A stretch of DNA of 36,421 nt from a virus (lineage: Duplodnaviria; Heunggongvirae; Uroviricota; Caudoviricetes): IMG/VR virus record IMGVR_UViG_2718218361_000002. One strand, given 5' to 3'. Positions 18,290 to 28,184 of the stretch are shown here, piece by piece (the stretch's first letter is position 1; each line of letters begins with the position of its first letter). Below the pieces are notes generated by a model. That model was not told the DNA's origin and made no database searches. It saw only the letters and a list, made by a program, of their open reading frames with translations. A program made the position numbers and the translations under genes.

Positions 18290-18715
18290 ATGAAGAAATT
18301 ATCCCTTTCACTGATGCTGAACGTGTCGCTGGCGCTGATGCTGGCACTGTCCCTGATTTACCCGCAGAGCGTGGCCGTCAGTTTTGTCGCTGTCTGGGCG
18401 ATTCTGGCGACGGTTATCTGTGTGGTTGCCGGTGGTGTCGGCGTGTATGCCACGGAGTATGTGCTGGAACGCTACGGGCGGGAGCTGCCGCCGGAATCGC
18501 TGGCCGTGAAGATTGTCGCGTCGCTGTTTTTGCAGCCGGTGCCGTGGCGCAGACGGGCAGTGGCTCTGGTGGTGATGGTGACGACGTTTATCTCGCTGGT
18601 CGCTGCCGGGTGGATTTTTACCGCGCTGATTTATCTCGTGGCGTCGCTGTTCTTCCGGTTGGTACGTACGGCCTGCCGTCAGCGTTTTGAGGGGCGGGAA
18701 CCATGTCAAAGCTGA
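18290..18715 (+). CDS. lysA: lysis timing membrane protein LysA
   Basis: 141 aa, multiple hydrophobic segments. Confidence 0.8.
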   Translation: MKKLSLSLMLNVSLALMLALSLIYPQSVAVSFVAVWAILATVICVVAGGVGVYATEYVLERYGRELPPESLAVKIVASLFLQPVPWRRRAVALVVMVTTFISLVAAGWIFTALIYLVASLFFRLVRTACRQRFEGREPCQS

Positions 18716-19128
18716 TGACTGTGCTGGTCGTGTTGTTATCGCTGGCGGTGGCCGGTCTGTTTCTGGTGAAACATAAAAATGCCAGCCTGCGCGCCTCGCT
18801 GGACAGGGCGAACAACGTCGCCAGTGAACAGCAGACGACCATCACCATGCTGAAAAACCAGCTTCATGTTGCACTCACCAGGGCAGACAAAAACGAGCTG
18901 GCGCAGGTGGCACTGCGTCAGGAACTGGAGAACGCCGCGAAGCGTGAAGCACAGCGCGAGAAAACCATCACGAGGTTACTTAATGAAAACGAAGATTTTC
19001 GCCGCTGGTATGGTGCTGACCTGCCTGATGCTGTGCGCCGGTTGCACCAGCGCCCCGCCTGCACCGACGCCAGTGATTGTCGCCAACGCCTGCCCGAAAG
19101 TGAGCCTTTGCCCGATGCCGGGCAGTGA
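18703..19128 (+). CDS. lysB: i-spanin (Rz-like) LysB
   Basis: 141 aa; N-terminal TM segment then coiled-coil-like region. Confidence 0.8.
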   Translation: MSKLMTVLVVLLSLAVAGLFLVKHKNASLRASLDRANNVASEQQTTITMLKNQLHVALTRADKNELAQVALRQELENAAKREAQREKTITRLLNENEDFRRWYGADLPDAVRRLHQRPACTDASDCRQRLPESEPLPDAGQ

Positions 19129-19273
19129 CCCGGAGACGAACGGCGATTTAAGTGCCGATATCCGGCAGCTTGAGAACGCGCTGGCACGTTGTGCCAGCCA
19201 GGTAAAAATGATTAAACACTGTCAGGACGAAAACGATGCTCAAACCCGACAGCCTGCGCAGGGCGCTGACTGA
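18983..19273 (+). CDS. lysC: o-spanin lipoprotein (Rz1-like) LysC
   Basis: Starts in another frame inside lysB; MKTKIFAAGMVLTCLMLCAGC lipobox; proline-rich; 96 aa; SD CGAGG. Confidence 0.7.
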   Translation: MKTKIFAAGMVLTCLMLCAGCTSAPPAPTPVIVANACPKVSLCPMPGSDPETNGDLSADIRQLENALARCASQVKMIKHCQDENDAQTRQPAQGAD

Positions 19274-19703
19274 TGCCGTCACGGTGCTGAAAACCAGTCC
19301 AGAGATGCTGCGGATATTCGTGGATAACGGGAGTATTGCCTCCACGCTGGCGACGTCGCTGTCGTTCGAAAAGCGTTACACGCTCAATGTGATTGTGACC
19401 GACTTTACCGGTGATTTTGACCTGCTCATCGTGCCGGTGCTGGCGTGGCTGCGGGAAAATCAGCCCGACATCATGACCACCGACGAAGGTCAGAAAAAAG
19501 GTTTCACGTTTTATGCAGACATCAACAATGACAGCAGCTTTGATATCAGCATCAGCCTGATGCTGACCGAGCGAACGCTGGTCAGTGAGGTTGACGGTGC
19601 GCTGCATGTGAAGAATATCCCGGAACCTCCGCCGCCGGAGCCAGTCAATCGCCCGATGGAGCTTTATATCAATGGTGAACTGGTGAGCAAGTGGGATGAA
19701 TGA
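19236..19703 (+). CDS. R: tail completion protein R
   Basis: 155 aa, synteny. Confidence 0.9.
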   Translation: MLKPDSLRRALTDAVTVLKTSPEMLRIFVDNGSIASTLATSLSFEKRYTLNVIVTDFTGDFDLLIVPVLAWLRENQPDIMTTDEGQKKGFTFYADINNDSSFDISISLMLTERTLVSEVDGALHVKNIPEPPPPEPVNRPMELYINGELVSKWDE

Positions 19704-20148
19704 GTTTAAGCGTTTTGAAGACCGGCTGACCGGACTGATTGAATCGCTGTCACCGTCTGGGCGTCGGCGACTGAGTGCAGAACTGGCGAAACGTCTGCGG
19801 CAGAGTCAGCAGCGTCGGGTGATGGCACAGAAAGCCCCGGACGGCACACCCTACGCACCACGCCAGCAGCAGAGCGCCAGAAAAAAGACCGGTCGCGTTA
19901 AGCGAAAAATGTTTGCGAAACTTATCACCAGTCGTTTTTTGCATATCCGCGCCAGCCCTGAACAGGCATCAATGGAGTTTTACGGCGGGAAGTCACCGAA
20001 AATCGCCAGTGTGCATCAGTTCGGTCTGTCGGAAGAAACCCGGAAAGACGGTAAGAAAATTGATTATCCGGCGCGTCCTCTGCTTGGCTTTACCGGTGAG
20101 GATGTGCAGATGATTGAAGAGATTATCCTGGCTCACCTGAATCGTTAG
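19696..20148 (+). CDS. S: tail completion protein S
   Basis: 150 aa, synteny. Confidence 0.9.
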   Translation: MNEFKRFEDRLTGLIESLSPSGRRRLSAELAKRLRQSQQRRVMAQKAPDGTPYAPRQQQSARKKTGRVKRKMFAKLITSRFLHIRASPEQASMEFYGGKSPKIASVHQFGLSEETRKDGKKIDYPARPLLGFTGEDVQMIEEIILAHLNR

Positions 20149-20221
20149 ATTTAATCATCTGAGAATATAAGATAGAAATCAATTAATTAGCATAATTTAT
20201 TTTGAATTTTCATGTTAATAA

Positions 20222-20247
20222 ATAAAAGGCCAGTTATTGGCCTTTTA
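20222..20247. terminator. bidirectional rho-independent terminator between convergent genes
   Basis: AAAAGGCCA-gttat-TGGCCTTTT with A-run and T-run flanks, between the S stop and the reverse-strand gene stop. Confidence 0.75.
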
Positions 20248-20250
20248 TCA

Positions 20251-21324
20251 TTACTTTCCATTTTTTAATGAATTGATTAACGATGCTATTTGCTCAATGC
20301 CATCAAATGTAGATGGTATCTTATCATCGGATAGCATGATGTTTGAAAATACTACGTCTTCGAATTTTGAAAGCGCTTCCGGATTGTTTTTCCTTATCTC
20401 TGAGGAATAGTCGCTATAACTCTGAATGAACTGACAAAGGCTCTTTCTGAGTTCTATTTGCATAATCTGAGTTCGTAACGATATATGATTTATCAGTACA
20501 ACTCTAAAGTAATACATGAAAATCAATGTAACTGATGCAAAAGGTAGTGCTGACATAAAATATGTGGCAGCATTTGTCGTTTCGAGAGTTGGTAATTTAT
20601 GCATTCCATAGTATATCAGCGGGGAGGGAATGATTATAGCCAAGATGATAAGAATTATTCTTGATAGCATGATTTCACTTTCTTTCTTTTTGCCAAGTGA
20701 ATTAAAGCCATCAAACAATCCAACAAAATTAAATGCGACCTCATACCCTTTTAATGACTCTTTAATTGACTCTATTTTGGCATGTTGCTCCTTTAAGAAG
20801 GAGTCGCACTTTTCGAAAAATTGACGCCCTTCGTTTAAACTATCAATGTATTTTTTATATGTGTCAACATTGCTGGAGCTTAAAACTTCTTTAACCATTG
20901 CTAATGGCAGTTCTCTAAGAGAAAAGTCTATCTGTGCTCTGCTCCGCTCATCGAATTCATTATAGTTATACAGAGCAAAATCCTTGATGGTTCTTAGTGG
21001 TGAAAAGTGAGACTCTATTTCCGGAGAGAGAATGCTTGGTTCAATGATAAATCTAAAAAAGCAAGTGAATATAAGGTTGATGCTGTTGTTATCTTCCCCC
21101 TTTTCTCTTAAGAAACTTTTAAAGGTGTCGCCAATCATAGCAATGTTGTACTGGGATTTTTTGTCCCAATCTTCAGGGTTTTCGGAAATGAAGTTTATTG
21201 CTTGAGCAATTATTTTGTTTCTGTTTGATTCAAAGTTTGTGCTGGGAGTCAGCGTGTTCAAAAAGACCAGATAATCTTTGAACAATTCTTTCATTGTTTC
21301 TGACGAGAAAAAGTAAGTACTCAT
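20251..21324 (-). CDS. hypothetical two-pass membrane protein (accessory gene at the S-V locus, P2 orf30 position)
   Basis: ORF track 20251..21420; start placed at internal ATG (plus-strand CAT 21322..21324) to avoid overlapping V; ~357 aa; hydrophobic helices IMLSRIILIILAIIIPSPLIYYG and YFMSALPFASVTLIFMYYFRVVLI; AT-rich, opposite to the late genes. Confidence 0.75.
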   Translation of the reverse strand: MSTYFFSSETMKELFKDYLVFLNTLTPSTNFESNRNKIIAQAINFISENPEDWDKKSQYNIAMIGDTFKSFLREKGEDNNSINLIFTCFFRFIIEPSILSPEIESHFSPLRTIKDFALYNYNEFDERSRAQIDFSLRELPLAMVKEVLSSSNVDTYKKYIDSLNEGRQFFEKCDSFLKEQHAKIESIKESLKGYEVAFNFVGLFDGFNSLGKKKESEIMLSRIILIILAIIIPSPLIYYGMHKLPTLETTNAATYFMSALPFASVTLIFMYYFRVVLINHISLRTQIMQIELRKSLCQFIQSYSDYSSEIRKNNPEALSKFEDVVFSNIMLSDDKIPSTFDGIEQIASLINSLKNGK

Positions 21325-21410
21325 AATGGATTTTGTTGTCCCTTGTTGTTCTGTGCACCAGAAATCGTGGTGTGATTTACTTCGAGATTGTACAGAATCA
21401 TTATTATCGA

Positions 21411-22040
21411 ATGAATGCACAATACAATGAAATTCTTCGCTTTATACGCAATATGATTCGCACTGGCATTATCGTCGAAACCGACCTTAATGCCGGTCGC
21501 TGCCGTGTGCAGACCGGCGGCATGTGCACCGACTGGCTTCAGTGGCTGACCCATCGCGCTGGGCGTTCGCGCACATGGTGGGCACCTTCCGTGGGGGAAC
21601 AGGTGCTGATTCTGGCCGTGGGCGGTGAACTCGACACGGCGTTCGTTCTGCCGGGGATTTATTCCGGCGATAACCCTGCGCCGTCTGCGTCGGCGGATGC
21701 CCTGCATATCCGTTTCCCTGACGGGGCGGTGATTGAGTATGAACCTGAAACCAGTGCACTCACGGTAAGCGGAATTAAAACGGCCAGCGTGACGGCTTCT
21801 GATTCTGTTACTGCCACGGTACCAGTGGTCACGGTGAAAGCATCAACCCGCGTCACCCTGGACACACCAGAAGTGGTCTGCACTAACAAACTGACTACCG
21901 GCACGCTGGAAGTGCAGAAGGGCGGGACGATGCGCGGCAACATTGAACACACCGGCGGTGAACTCTCATCAAACGGTAAGGTACTGCATACCCACAAACA
22001 CCCCGGCGACAGCGGCGGCACAACCGGGAGTCCTTTATGA
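21411..22040 (+). CDS. V: baseplate spike/assembly protein V
   Basis: ORF track 21333..22040; start at ATG 21411 (MNAQYNEILRFIRNMIRTG...); 209 aa. Confidence 0.9.
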   Translation: MNAQYNEILRFIRNMIRTGIIVETDLNAGRCRVQTGGMCTDWLQWLTHRAGRSRTWWAPSVGEQVLILAVGGELDTAFVLPGIYSGDNPAPSASADALHIRFPDGAVIEYEPETSALTVSGIKTASVTASDSVTATVPVVTVKASTRVTLDTPEVVCTNKLTTGTLEVQKGGTMRGNIEHTGGELSSNGKVLHTHKHPGDSGGTTGSPL

Positions 22041-22384
22041 CAGCGCGTTATCTCGGAATGAATCGCAGTGATGGCCTGACGGTCACTGACCTTGAGCATA
22101 TCAGCCAGAGTATCGGCGATATCCTGCGCACACCGGTCGGCTCACGGGTGATGCGTCGTGATTACGGCTCGTTGCTGGCGTCAATGATTGACCAGCCGCA
22201 GACTCCGGCGCTTGAGTTGCAGATTAAGGTCGCCTGTTACATGGCGGTGCTGAAATGGGAACCCCGCGTCACCCTGTCATCCGTCACCACGGCGCGCAGT
22301 TTTGACGGGCGAATGACGGTCACGTTAACAGGTCAGCACAACGACACCGGCCAGCCACTTTCGTTAACCATCCCTGTGAGTTGA
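22037..22384 (+). CDS. W: baseplate wedge protein W
   Basis: 115 aa, synteny. Confidence 0.9.
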   Translation: MTARYLGMNRSDGLTVTDLEHISQSIGDILRTPVGSRVMRRDYGSLLASMIDQPQTPALELQIKVACYMAVLKWEPRVTLSSVTTARSFDGRMTVTLTGQHNDTGQPLSLTIPVS

Positions 22385-22388
22385 AACC

Positions 22389-23297
22389 ATGCCGATTATC
22401 GACCTGAACCAGCTACCCGCACCGGATGTGGTCGAGGAGCTGGACTTTGAAACCATTCTCGCCGAACGCAAGGCGACACTGATTTCCCTTTACCCGGAAG
22501 ACCAGCAGGAGGCGGTCGCCCGTACCCTGACGCTGGAATCCGAGCCTCTCGTCAAACTGCTGGAGGAAAATGCTTATCGTGAGCTTATCTGGCGTCAGCG
22601 TGTGAATGAGGCCGCACGGGCGGTGATGCTGGCCTGTGCCGCCGGTAATGACCTTGATGTGATTGGTGCCAATTACAACACCACGCGCCTGATTATCACC
22701 CCGGCAGATGATTCGACCCTCCCGCCGACACCGGCAGTGATGGAGTCTGACACCGATTATCGTCTGCGTATTCAGCAGGCGTTTGAAGGTTTAAGCGTCG
22801 CCGGGTCGGTGGGTGCCTATCAGTATCATGGCCGCAGTGCCGACGGGCGTGTCGCGGATATCTCTGTCACCAGTCCGTCTCCGGCCTGTGTCACCATCTC
22901 CGTACTGTCACGTGAAAATAACGGTGTCGCTTCCGAAGACCTGCTGGCGGTGGTACGTAACGCCCTTAATGGCGAGGACGTCAGACCGGTGGCCGACCGC
23001 GTGACCGTGCAGTCTGCCGCCATCGTTGAATACCAGATAAACGCCACGCTTTACCTTTACCCTGGTCCCGAAAGCGAACCCATCCGCGCTGCCGCTGTGA
23101 AAAAGCTGGAAGCGTATATCACGGCACAGCACCGGCTGGGGCGCGACATCCGTCTGTCTGCCATTTATGCCGCTTTGCATGTGGAAGGTGTGCAGCGTGT
23201 CGAACTGGCTGCACCACTGGCCGACATCGTGCTCAACAGTACGCAGGCGTCTTTCTGTACCGAATACCGCGTCGTGACCGGAGGCTCGGATGAGTGA
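22389..23297 (+). CDS. J: baseplate protein J
   Basis: 302 aa, synteny. Confidence 0.9.
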   Translation: MPIIDLNQLPAPDVVEELDFETILAERKATLISLYPEDQQEAVARTLTLESEPLVKLLEENAYRELIWRQRVNEAARAVMLACAAGNDLDVIGANYNTTRLIITPADDSTLPPTPAVMESDTDYRLRIQQAFEGLSVAGSVGAYQYHGRSADGRVADISVTSPSPACVTISVLSRENNGVASEDLLAVVRNALNGEDVRPVADRVTVQSAAIVEYQINATLYLYPGPESEPIRAAAVKKLEAYITAQHRLGRDIRLSAIYAALHVEGVQRVELAAPLADIVLNSTQASFCTEYRVVTGGSDE

Positions 23298-23820
23298 TTC
23301 GCGACTGCTGCCGACCGGCTCATCACCGCTTGAGGTCGCCGCCGCAAAAGCCTGTGCGGAAATTGAAAAAACGCCGGTCAGTATTCGTGAGCTGTGGAAC
23401 CCGGACACCTGTCCGGCAAATCTGCTGCCGTGGCTGGCGTGGGCGTTTTCGGTCGACAGGTGGGATGAAAAGTGGCCGGAAGCGACAAAACGCGCCGTTA
23501 TCCGCGATGCGTATTTCATCCACTGTCATAAAGGCACAATAGGTGCAATCCGGCGTGTGGTGGAGCCGCTCGGCTATCTCATCAACGTGACGGAGTGGTG
23601 GGAAAACAGTGACCCGCCCGGCACCTTCCGGCTTGATATTGGTGTACTGGAAAGCGGCATCACAGAGGCAATGTATCAGGAAATGGAACGGCTGATTGCT
23701 GATGCCAAACCTGCAAGCCGCCACCTTATTGGTCTGAACATTACCCGGGACATTCCCGGCTACCTGTTTGCCGGTGGTGTGGCTTATGACGGCGATGTAA
23801 TTACGGTTTACCCCGGATAA
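23290..23820 (+). CDS. I: baseplate protein I
   Basis: 176 aa, synteny. Confidence 0.9.
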   Translation: MSDSRLLPTGSSPLEVAAAKACAEIEKTPVSIRELWNPDTCPANLLPWLAWAFSVDRWDEKWPEATKRAVIRDAYFIHCHKGTIGAIRRVVEPLGYLINVTEWWENSDPPGTFRLDIGVLESGITEAMYQEMERLIADAKPASRHLIGLNITRDIPGYLFAGGVAYDGDVITVYPG

Positions 23821-23830
23821 GTGAGGAATA

Positions 23831-25852
23831 ATGAGCACAAAATTCAAAACCGTTATCACCACTGCCGGTGCAGCAAAGCTGGCAGCGGCAACCGCGCCGG
23901 GAGGGCGGAAGGTCAACATTACCACGATGGCCGTCGGGGATGGCGGTGGTAAATTGCCTGTCCCGGATGCCGGACAGACCGGGCTTATCCACGAAGTCTG
24001 GCGACATGCGCTGAACAAAATCAGCCAGGACAAACGAAACAGTAATTATATTATCGCAGAGCTGGTTATTCCGCCGGAGGTGGGCGGTTTCTGGATGCGT
24101 GAGCTTGGCCTGTACGATGATGCGGGAACGTTAATTGCCGTGGCGAACATGGCCGAAAGTTATAAGCCAGCCCTTGCCGAAGGCTCAGGGCGTTCGCAGA
24201 CCTGCCGCATGGTCATTATCGTCAGCAGTGTGGCCTCAGTGGATCTGACCATCGACACCACAACGGTGATGGCGACGCAGGATTACGTTGATGACAAAAT
24301 TGCAGAACATGAACAGTCACGACGTCACCCTGACGCCTCGCTGACCGCAAAAGGTTTTACTCAGTTAAGCAGTGCGACCAACAGCACGTCTGAAACACTG
24401 GCTGCAACGCCGAAAGCCGTTAAGACGGTAATGGATGAAACGAACAAGAAAGCGCCATTAAACAGCCCTGCACTGACCGGAACGCCAACGACGCCAACTG
24501 CGCGACAGGGAACGAATAATACTCAGATCGCAAACACGGCTTTCGTTATGGCCGCGATTGCCGCCCTTGTAGACTCGTCGCCTGACGCACTGAATACGCT
24601 GAACGAGCTGGCGGCGGCGCTGGGCAATGACCCGAATTTTGCTACCACCATGACTAATGCGCTTGCGGGGAAGCAACCGAAAGATGCCACCCTGACGGCA
24701 CTGGCGGGGCTTGCTACTGCGGCAGACAGGTTTCCGTATTTTACGGGGAATGATGTTGCCAGTCTGGCAACTCTGACAAAAGTCGGGCGGGATATTCTTG
24801 CGAAATCGACCGTTGCCGCCGTTATCGAATATCTCGGTTTACAGGAAACGGTAAACCGAGCCGGGAACGCCGTGCAAAAAAATGGCGATACCTTGTCCGG
24901 TGGACTTACTTTTGAAAACGACTCAATCCTTGCCTGGATTCGAAATACTGACTGGGCGAAGATTGGATTTAAAAATGATGCCGATGGTGACACTGATTCA
25001 TACATGTGGTTTGAAGCAGGCGACAACGGCAATGAATATTTCAAATGGAGAAGCCGCCAGAGCACCACAACAAAAGACCTGATGAATCTTAAATGGGATG
25101 CTTTGTATGTTCTTGTCAATGCCATTGTAAATGGCGAAGTAATATCAAAATCAGCAAACGGCCTACGTATTGCTTATGGTAATTACGGATTCTTTATTCG
25201 TAATGATGGTTCAAATACATACTTCATGTTGACAAACTCCGGTGACAACATGGGGACTTATAACGGATTAAGGCCATTATGGATTAATAACGCTACTGGC
25301 GCTGTTTCGATGGGGCGTGGCCTTAATGTTTCAGGGGAGACGCTTTCAGACCGTTTTGCTATTAACAGCAGTAATGGTATGTGGATTCAGATGCGCGATA
25401 ACAACGCTATCTTTGGGAAAAATATAGTTAACACTGATAGCGCTCAGGCGTTGCTTCGCCAGAATCACGCTGACCGCAAGTTCATGATAGGTGGACTGGG
25501 GAACAAGCAATTTGGCATCTACATGATTAATAACTCAAGGACAGCCAATGGCACCGATGGTCAGGCGTACATGGATAATAACGGTAACTGGCTTTGTGGC
25601 TCGCAAGTTATTCCTGGCAACTATGGCAATTTTGATTCCAGATATGTGAAAGATGTTCGACTTGGTTCACAGCAATATTATGGAGTGAACAACTGGCAAA
25701 CATGGAATTTCCAGTGCCCGTCAGGTCATGTATTGTCTGGTATTAATGTTCAGGATACAGGGTCCAACTCTGCCGATAATATAGCGGGCGTTTATTACAG
25801 ACCCGTTCAAAAGTATATAAATGGCACCTGGTATAATGTAGCGAGCGTTTAA
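23831..25852 (+). CDS. H: tail fiber protein
   Basis: 673 aa; conserved N-terminus [25 protein letters not shown]; Asn/Gly-rich C-terminal region. Confidence 0.9.
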   Translation: MSTKFKTVITTAGAAKLAAATAPGGRKVNITTMAVGDGGGKLPVPDAGQTGLIHEVWRHALNKISQDKRNSNYIIAELVIPPEVGGFWMRELGLYDDAGTLIAVANMAESYKPALAEGSGRSQTCRMVIIVSSVASVDLTIDTTTVMATQDYVDDKIAEHEQSRRHPDASLTAKGFTQLSSATNSTSETLAATPKAVKTVMDETNKKAPLNSPALTGTPTTPTARQGTNNTQIANTAFVMAAIAALVDSSPDALNTLNELAAALGNDPNFATTMTNALAGKQPKDATLTALAGLATAADRFPYFTGNDVASLATLTKVGRDILAKSTVAAVIEYLGLQETVNRAGNAVQKNGDTLSGGLTFENDSILAWIRNTDWAKIGFKNDADGDTDSYMWFEAGDNGNEYFKWRSRQSTTTKDLMNLKWDALYVLVNAIVNGEVISKSANGLRIAYGNYGFFIRNDGSNTYFMLTNSGDNMGTYNGLRPLWINNATGAVSMGRGLNVSGETLSDRFAINSSNGMWIQMRDNNAIFGKNIVNTDSAQALLRQNHADRKFMIGGLGNKQFGIYMINNSRTANGTDGQAYMDNNGNWLCGSQVIPGNYGNFDSRYVKDVRLGSQQYYGVNNWQTWNFQCPSGHVLSGINVQDTGSNSADNIAGVYYRPVQKYINGTWYNVASV

Positions 25853-25853
25853 T

Positions 25854-26381
25854 ATGATGCACTTAAAGAAAATAAAAGCGGGTAACGCTAAAACACTGGA
25901 ACAGTATGAGTTAACAAAGAAACACGGAGTTATCTGGCTTTACTCTGAGGACGGAAAAAACTGGTATGAGGAAGTGAAGAACTTTCAGCCAGATACAATA
26001 AAGATTGTTTACGATGAAAATAATATTATTGTCGCTATCACCAGAGATGCTTCAACGCTTAATCCTGAAGGTTTTAGCGTTGTCGAGGTTCCTGATATTA
26101 CCGCCAACCGACGTGCTGATGACTCAGGGAAATGGATGTTTAAGGATGGTGCCGTGATTAAGCGGATTTATACGGCAGACGAACAGCAACAACAGGCCGA
26201 ATCACAAAAGGCCGCGTTACTTTCCGAAGCTGAATCAGTTATCCAGCCGCTGGAACGCGCCGTCAGGCTGAATATGGCGACGGATGAGGAGCGCGCACGA
26301 CTGGAGTCATGGGAACGCTACAGCGTTCTGGTCAGCCGTGTGGATCCTGCAAATCCTGAATGGCCGGAAATACCGCAATAA
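25854..26381 (+). CDS. G: tail fiber assembly chaperone
   Basis: 175 aa immediately downstream of H. Confidence 0.9.
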   Translation: MMHLKKIKAGNAKTLEQYELTKKHGVIWLYSEDGKNWYEEVKNFQPDTIKIVYDENNIIVAITRDASTLNPEGFSVVEVPDITANRRADDSGKWMFKDGAVIKRIYTADEQQQQAESQKAALLSEAESVIQPLERAVRLNMATDEERARLESWERYSVLVSRVDPANPEWPEIPQ

Positions 26382-26671
26382 GTTGTATGATATCTGGAGT
26401 GAGCTAACGTATCTATGGCACAGAGTAAAACTTAATCTGACAGTCTGCTCTGTACCAAAAGCGGAACTTGCTTACATCGTGCTATGTTAGTTTGCTGGGA
26501 GCAGGTCATTATCTACGTGATTGCTATTTTATAACTTGGATAAAATGGGGGATGAACATAATATCGAGACAGTGATTGCAGAGTTAGTCATTATAGGCGG
26601 GCATCAGTTCATGCCGGATCTCTAATGCAATTATCAGGAAAATATGGGACGTTTTATCAATCAGAGGAAAT

Positions 26672-27898
26672 ATGTTACAGTTCAGCTTTGTATCAAATGA
26701 CGTTGTTATGACTTACGACGGTGACAGCGGAGAACAAATAATTTGGGTTTGGGAGAGTTTAAATAAATTTCAAACAGTATGCATTTCACGCATTTTTAAC
26801 TTTCAACTCCAGGACTTGAGAAACCCACCGTCAACCGTTCAGGATTTTAATGATTATGAATATTCCTTTAATTTTGGCACGCTTAATAATGAATACATAA
26901 CAGTTCCGGGACGGATTCTAAGCATTAATCGAGATGTCCTTATACATAAGTCCATCAAGCTTGAAAGGAAAGTATTTGCGTCAGAACGCAACGTCTCCAT
27001 TTTTGGTCGGCTTTCAAAACTACTCGATCACACTAATCCCATCATCATCGGAGGAGATAAGCCGGAAGCTATACCAAAAAGCGTATTCCAGGAGTTGCAA
27101 AGTAAATTCCCCAACACAGGGGAACTGGATCGCTATGCTAATGCAAGGGTTCACGCTATTCTCGCAGGTTATCTTGATGGTATGAAAGATGCTCGCGAAC
27201 GGTATGAACATTACCTAAACAGAAAAACAGTGATCAGAAAAACCGACAAACTGGATTTAGAAGTTTTAAATAAGCTCGAAATTGAGAAATATACACTCAT
27301 AAGAGACATTATCCAGGATGCGTTGAATAACAAAACTAACTTGTCTGAAGATGACTGGCAGAGCCTGATGATACCCTTCATCACATTACTTTTTCCAAAA
27401 TATATCAAGGTCCTCGAGAAGGTTAAAATTTTCGACTATTACTCTAATCCTTCGGCTAAAACAAATCGGTTTATAGACATTGCACTGGTGGATGCAAACG
27501 GCAACCTTGATATCATCGAAGTCAAAAAGCCGTTTGATGATAAGATCCTTCGCAAGACGCCCTATCGCGACAACTATATTCCTACATCAGAACTTAGCGG
27601 CGGTATTATGCAGGCTGAAAAGTATATTTTTCATTTATCTAAATGGGGTGTTAAGGGTGAAAAAGAGCTTACGAATGCCTACAAGAATTCTCTGCCAGCG
27701 GGAATGTGTATTCGTATATCTAACCCAAAAGCCATCATCATTGTCGGGCGCGATCAGATAGCGAACGGTAACATGACCGACGGTCAGTTGCTTGATTTTG
27801 AGATAATCAAACGTAAGTACGCCAACATGATAGACATATTGACGTACGACGACCTGTTGCGTCGACTTAATAATACGATTGAAGCATTGAAAGGTTGA
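26672..27898 (+). CDS. PD-(D/E)xK nuclease-like protein, Shedu/DUF4263-like candidate (accessory gene at the G-FI locus, P2 Z/fun position)
   Basis: 408 aa; SD GAGGAA; C-terminal half has RFIDIALVDANGNLDIIEVKKP (D...D...ExK) followed by AIIIVGRD; AT-rich. Confidence 0.8.
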   Translation: MLQFSFVSNDVVMTYDGDSGEQIIWVWESLNKFQTVCISRIFNFQLQDLRNPPSTVQDFNDYEYSFNFGTLNNEYITVPGRILSINRDVLIHKSIKLERKVFASERNVSIFGRLSKLLDHTNPIIIGGDKPEAIPKSVFQELQSKFPNTGELDRYANARVHAILAGYLDGMKDARERYEHYLNRKTVIRKTDKLDLEVLNKLEIEKYTLIRDIIQDALNNKTNLSEDDWQSLMIPFITLLFPKYIKVLEKVKIFDYYSNPSAKTNRFIDIALVDANGNLDIIEVKKPFDDKILRKTPYRDNYIPTSELSGGIMQAEKYIFHLSKWGVKGEKELTNAYKNSLPAGMCIRISNPKAIIIVGRDQIANGNMTDGQLLDFEIIKRKYANMIDILTYDDLLRRLNNTIEALKG

Positions 27899-27967
27899 AT
27901 GTCCATGAGGTTCACACCCACAACGGGGAGCAGGTCACTTCCTATTGTTTGATTGACATACCATAAC

Positions 27968-27991
27968 GTCTGCTTTTGGCTCAAAGCAGAC
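27968..27991 (+). terminator. hairpin downstream of the nuclease-like gene (weak terminator)
   Basis: GTCTGCTTT-tggctc-AAAGCAGAC, T-poor tail. Confidence 0.4.
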
Positions 27992-28057
27992 TGTCTGATT
28001 TGATAGCTTTTGGGCTATGTAAATTGTCAGTTGAAAGATGAGTGAGTACAAATCAGG

Positions 28058-28088
28058 ACGGGCGGGCGAGTTGCCCGCCTTTTCTTTA
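28058..28088 (+). terminator. rho-independent terminator
   Basis: GGCGGGC-gagtt-GCCCGCC followed by TTTTCTTT. Confidence 0.7.
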
Positions 28089-28184
28089 ATCTGTTGTTTC
28101 ATCCACTGACCAGCCAGGTCAAATAGCGTCTCATGCTCTGCACAACAGAAAATAGTTGCACCCATTAACCACGGAGTTAAACGG

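Noticed and set aside
18118-18690. 190-aa plus-strand ORF overlapping the end of K and all of lysA in another frame
   Set aside because: Cys/Arg/Gly-rich translation of an alternative frame over real lysis genes.
21325-21420. Longer 389-aa form of the S-V membrane protein starting at 21420
   Set aside because: It would overlap the V start (21411) and the V promoter region in the opposite orientation; I chose the internal ATG at 21324, though neither start has a strong SD, so the exact start is uncertain.
23323-24033. 236-aa reverse-strand ORF spanning the I/H junction
   Set aside because: Antisense to baseplate and tail fiber genes that are in perfect synteny; no RBS.
26284-28165. Small ORFs in the G-FI interval (26284..26490 plus; 27784..27984 and 27935..28165 minus)
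   Set aside because: They overlap the end of G or the nuclease-like gene, or cover terminator hairpins; no RBS; below what I would call without further support.
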